Assembly: GCA_046563655.1 (NCBI GenBank)
Contig: CM102286.1
Location: 4,340,001-4,404,000 of the forward strand
Direction: 5' to 3'
Source: Yuukianura sp. NJ FZ-2021
Taxonomy: Eukaryota
DNA length: 64,000 nucleotides
Shown here: positions 62,271 through 64,000 of the stretch, piece by piece
Numbering within the stretch: position 1 is the stretch's first letter
Layout of the letters: each line of letters begins with the position of its first letter
Notes under the pieces: generated by a model
Told to the model about the DNA's origin: nothing
The model's database searches: none
What the model saw: the letters and a program-made list of their open reading frames with translations, nothing else
Made by a program: the position numbers and the translations under genes

Positions 62271-63081
62271 ATGGCGCAATTACAGCAGCCAGCACAAACC
62301 ATTCATGAAGGGATTCCGTACCCCGGTACCAAAGCTTATGAAGAACGGATGCAAAACATCCCAAGACTTCCACCCAACTACACACCGCCAAATGACCCTT
62401 CATTTATTGACATCTTCAAAGGGAATGATTATGATGATGGTTTCCGTAAGATGTTGTTGATGACTAAATACACCACAGGAACAGCAATCGCTTGTACTGT
62501 TACTGATGTGTTAGTTGGAACACAACCTACCGTAAGCTTTGACCCAACTAGTATAATGAATTTTCTTTGTTTTAGTGAAAACGTAAAACTTGGTCAATTT
62601 TAGGACGTGGCTGGAATCTTGCGAAGAGCTGCTTATTGGAGCGTGCCGCTTATTGGAGGAGGTCTCGCCTACACAGCTACTGTATGCATAGCTGGATCAC
62701 TTCGAAAGAAGTCGGATCAGTGGAATCATGCACTTGGCGGTGCAATTGCAGGATCAGTCCTTGGAGCTGCAAGTTAGTAATGCGTTTTCCACAGTTTTAG
62801 TTAACATTAAGTTATTGATTAGGGTTCAGGATTTGAATAGCTTGACCTGTTTGTTTCCAGGGAAGAACGCGCTAACTGGATTTGTCACTGGAGCGTTCCT
62901 CGTTGTGTTGGGGGTCGTCTACAAGGAAACTGTTATGGATGGGCAGGAATTGTGGTCAAACCCGAGGCAAGCCCGGCGAGGATATGCGATGTCTCATAAA
63001 CATGATTTTACAATGCAGCGTGACATCCCCGGGAATTGGTACACTGATCCGACACCGCAACCACGCTCCCCAGCATCTTAA
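62271..63081 (+). CDS. NDUFA11: NADH dehydrogenase 1 alpha subcomplex subunit 11 (Tim17-family fold), 3 exons
   Basis: Exons ~62271-62531, 62604-62752 and 62861-63081; YTATVCIAGSLRKKSDQWNHALGGAIAGSVLGA motif; C-terminal HDFT...GNW. Confidence 0.8.
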
Positions 63082-63274
63082 TGAAAAATCTTCGCTTCTG
63101 CTCGTCAGCCACTTCGTTGTCACTGCCTAACTACTAGTAATCGAAGAATTTACGGCAGAAAAATGCTTCATTGAGAACGGCAGTACTTCTCCAATACTGT
63201 TGTTCATAGTCACATGTTAGAAAAAATTGGTAACAACGATTACTCTCTGGAAGTGAAAAATCAGTAAAGTTTAA

Positions 63275-63787
63275 TTAATCATCACCATTGTTCAAGTACA
63301 GTAGTCTGCTTATATCTATGATATCCATATCGGAAGCCGAAGGAATGGGCATTTCCCTTAGTTCATTTACTCTTTTATCCCGGGCATCTTCAAGTGTTAG
63401 GTCCATGGACAGGGAGCGTAGGGTATTATGACTTTGATTCCTCAAATTGCCGAATCGCTGGTCGTTATCGACATCCCAGCGAATCGTATGAGAGTCCATG
63501 ATGGCACTGGACTCATTCAGCTGGCCATCGTTGATTACATGGAGAGAAGGGTAGATGAAAAATGCAAACAGAAAAAGCGCTGTACAGAAGAAAATAGGAA
63601 CAGCAGCAGCCCAGTACTTCTGAGGGGGTTGGTACGGCCATTTTTCAATGATGTCTGCAGGAATGACGATCCATAAACCATACGAAACGATAAAGGAGGC
63701 ACAAAGACTGGCAAATATGAAGCCATAGATTCCTCTAGCCGGTTGGGGAGATGGTGAATGCTCGACTTCCTTCACTTTTGTTTGCAT
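63275..63787 (-). CDS. PIGP: GPI-GlcNAc transferase subunit P (intronless CDS)
   Basis: EHSPSPQPARGIYGF, hydrophobic segment ending LWIVIP, PQKYWAAAVPIF, C-terminal IPSASDMDI. Confidence 0.9.
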   Translation of the reverse strand: MQTKVKEVEHSPSPQPARGIYGFIFASLCASFIVSYGLWIVIPADIIEKWPYQPPQKYWAAAVPIFFCTALFLFAFFIYPSLHVINDGQLNESSAIMDSHTIRWDVDNDQRFGNLRNQSHNTLRSLSMDLTLEDARDKRVNELREMPIPSASDMDIIDISRLLYLNNGDD

Positions 63788-63825
63788 TATGATTGATGTT
63801 TACTCGGCCGACCTTGGTTTGGTCT

Positions 63826-63940
63826 TCAGTTATCCTTAGGAATGCTGAACAGGTTTATCGTTTGCTGAACCAAGGACAAGTGATCGAAGAACGAAGTGGA
63901 TGAATGCTTGACTTGACGCATATCTGGGCCTGACATGTCA
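63826..63940 (-). CDS. LAGE3: Probable last exon of KEOPS subunit Pcc1/LAGE3 (rest of gene beyond window)
   Basis: Acceptor TTTTTCGTTTTTCAG at 63941-63943, then DMSGPDMRQVKHSSTSFFDHLSLVQQTINLFSIPKDN*, resembling the Pcc1/LAGE3 C-terminal helix (D.R.LR.S..SFLD.L.LV..T...F). Confidence 0.65.
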
Positions 63941-64000
63941 CTGAAAAACGAAAAAAAAATATTCATTACATCCTAATTTCCGCAAATTGTATCCGGGTCC

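Overview
AT-rich eukaryotic genomic DNA with short spliceosomal introns. Gene content is arthropod-like; the species cannot be determined from the sequence. The left ~45 kb is gene-poor and looks like the long first intron of a minus-strand gene: a signal-peptide-like first coding exon lies at 45242-45335 and a strong AG|GT recursive-splice-like site lies at 20686/20687. This region holds a small unknown plus-strand gene (~1179-2528) and two young transposons. One is an intact FLYWCH-MULE (Phantom-like) DNA transposon with foldback-type tandem-repeat sub-terminal inverted repeats and an embedded tRNA-like Pol III unit (16737-19937). The other is a BEL/Pao LTR retrotransposon (21732-27021) with near-identical LTRs, whose single 1178-aa ORF stays open although RT, RNase H and integrase are largely removed by about four in-frame deletions. 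The right ~15 kb is gene-dense: a rolling stone-like gene, a secreted low-complexity protein gene with a Helentron/DINE-like insertion beside a splice acceptor, aspartate 1-decarboxylase (black-like), a Dumpy-type EGF protein, an unknown secreted protein, NDUFA11, PIG-P, and a probable Pcc1/LAGE3 last exon ending 38 nt before the PIG-P ATG (candidate dicistronic mRNA). All calls come from manual reading; no database searches were run.
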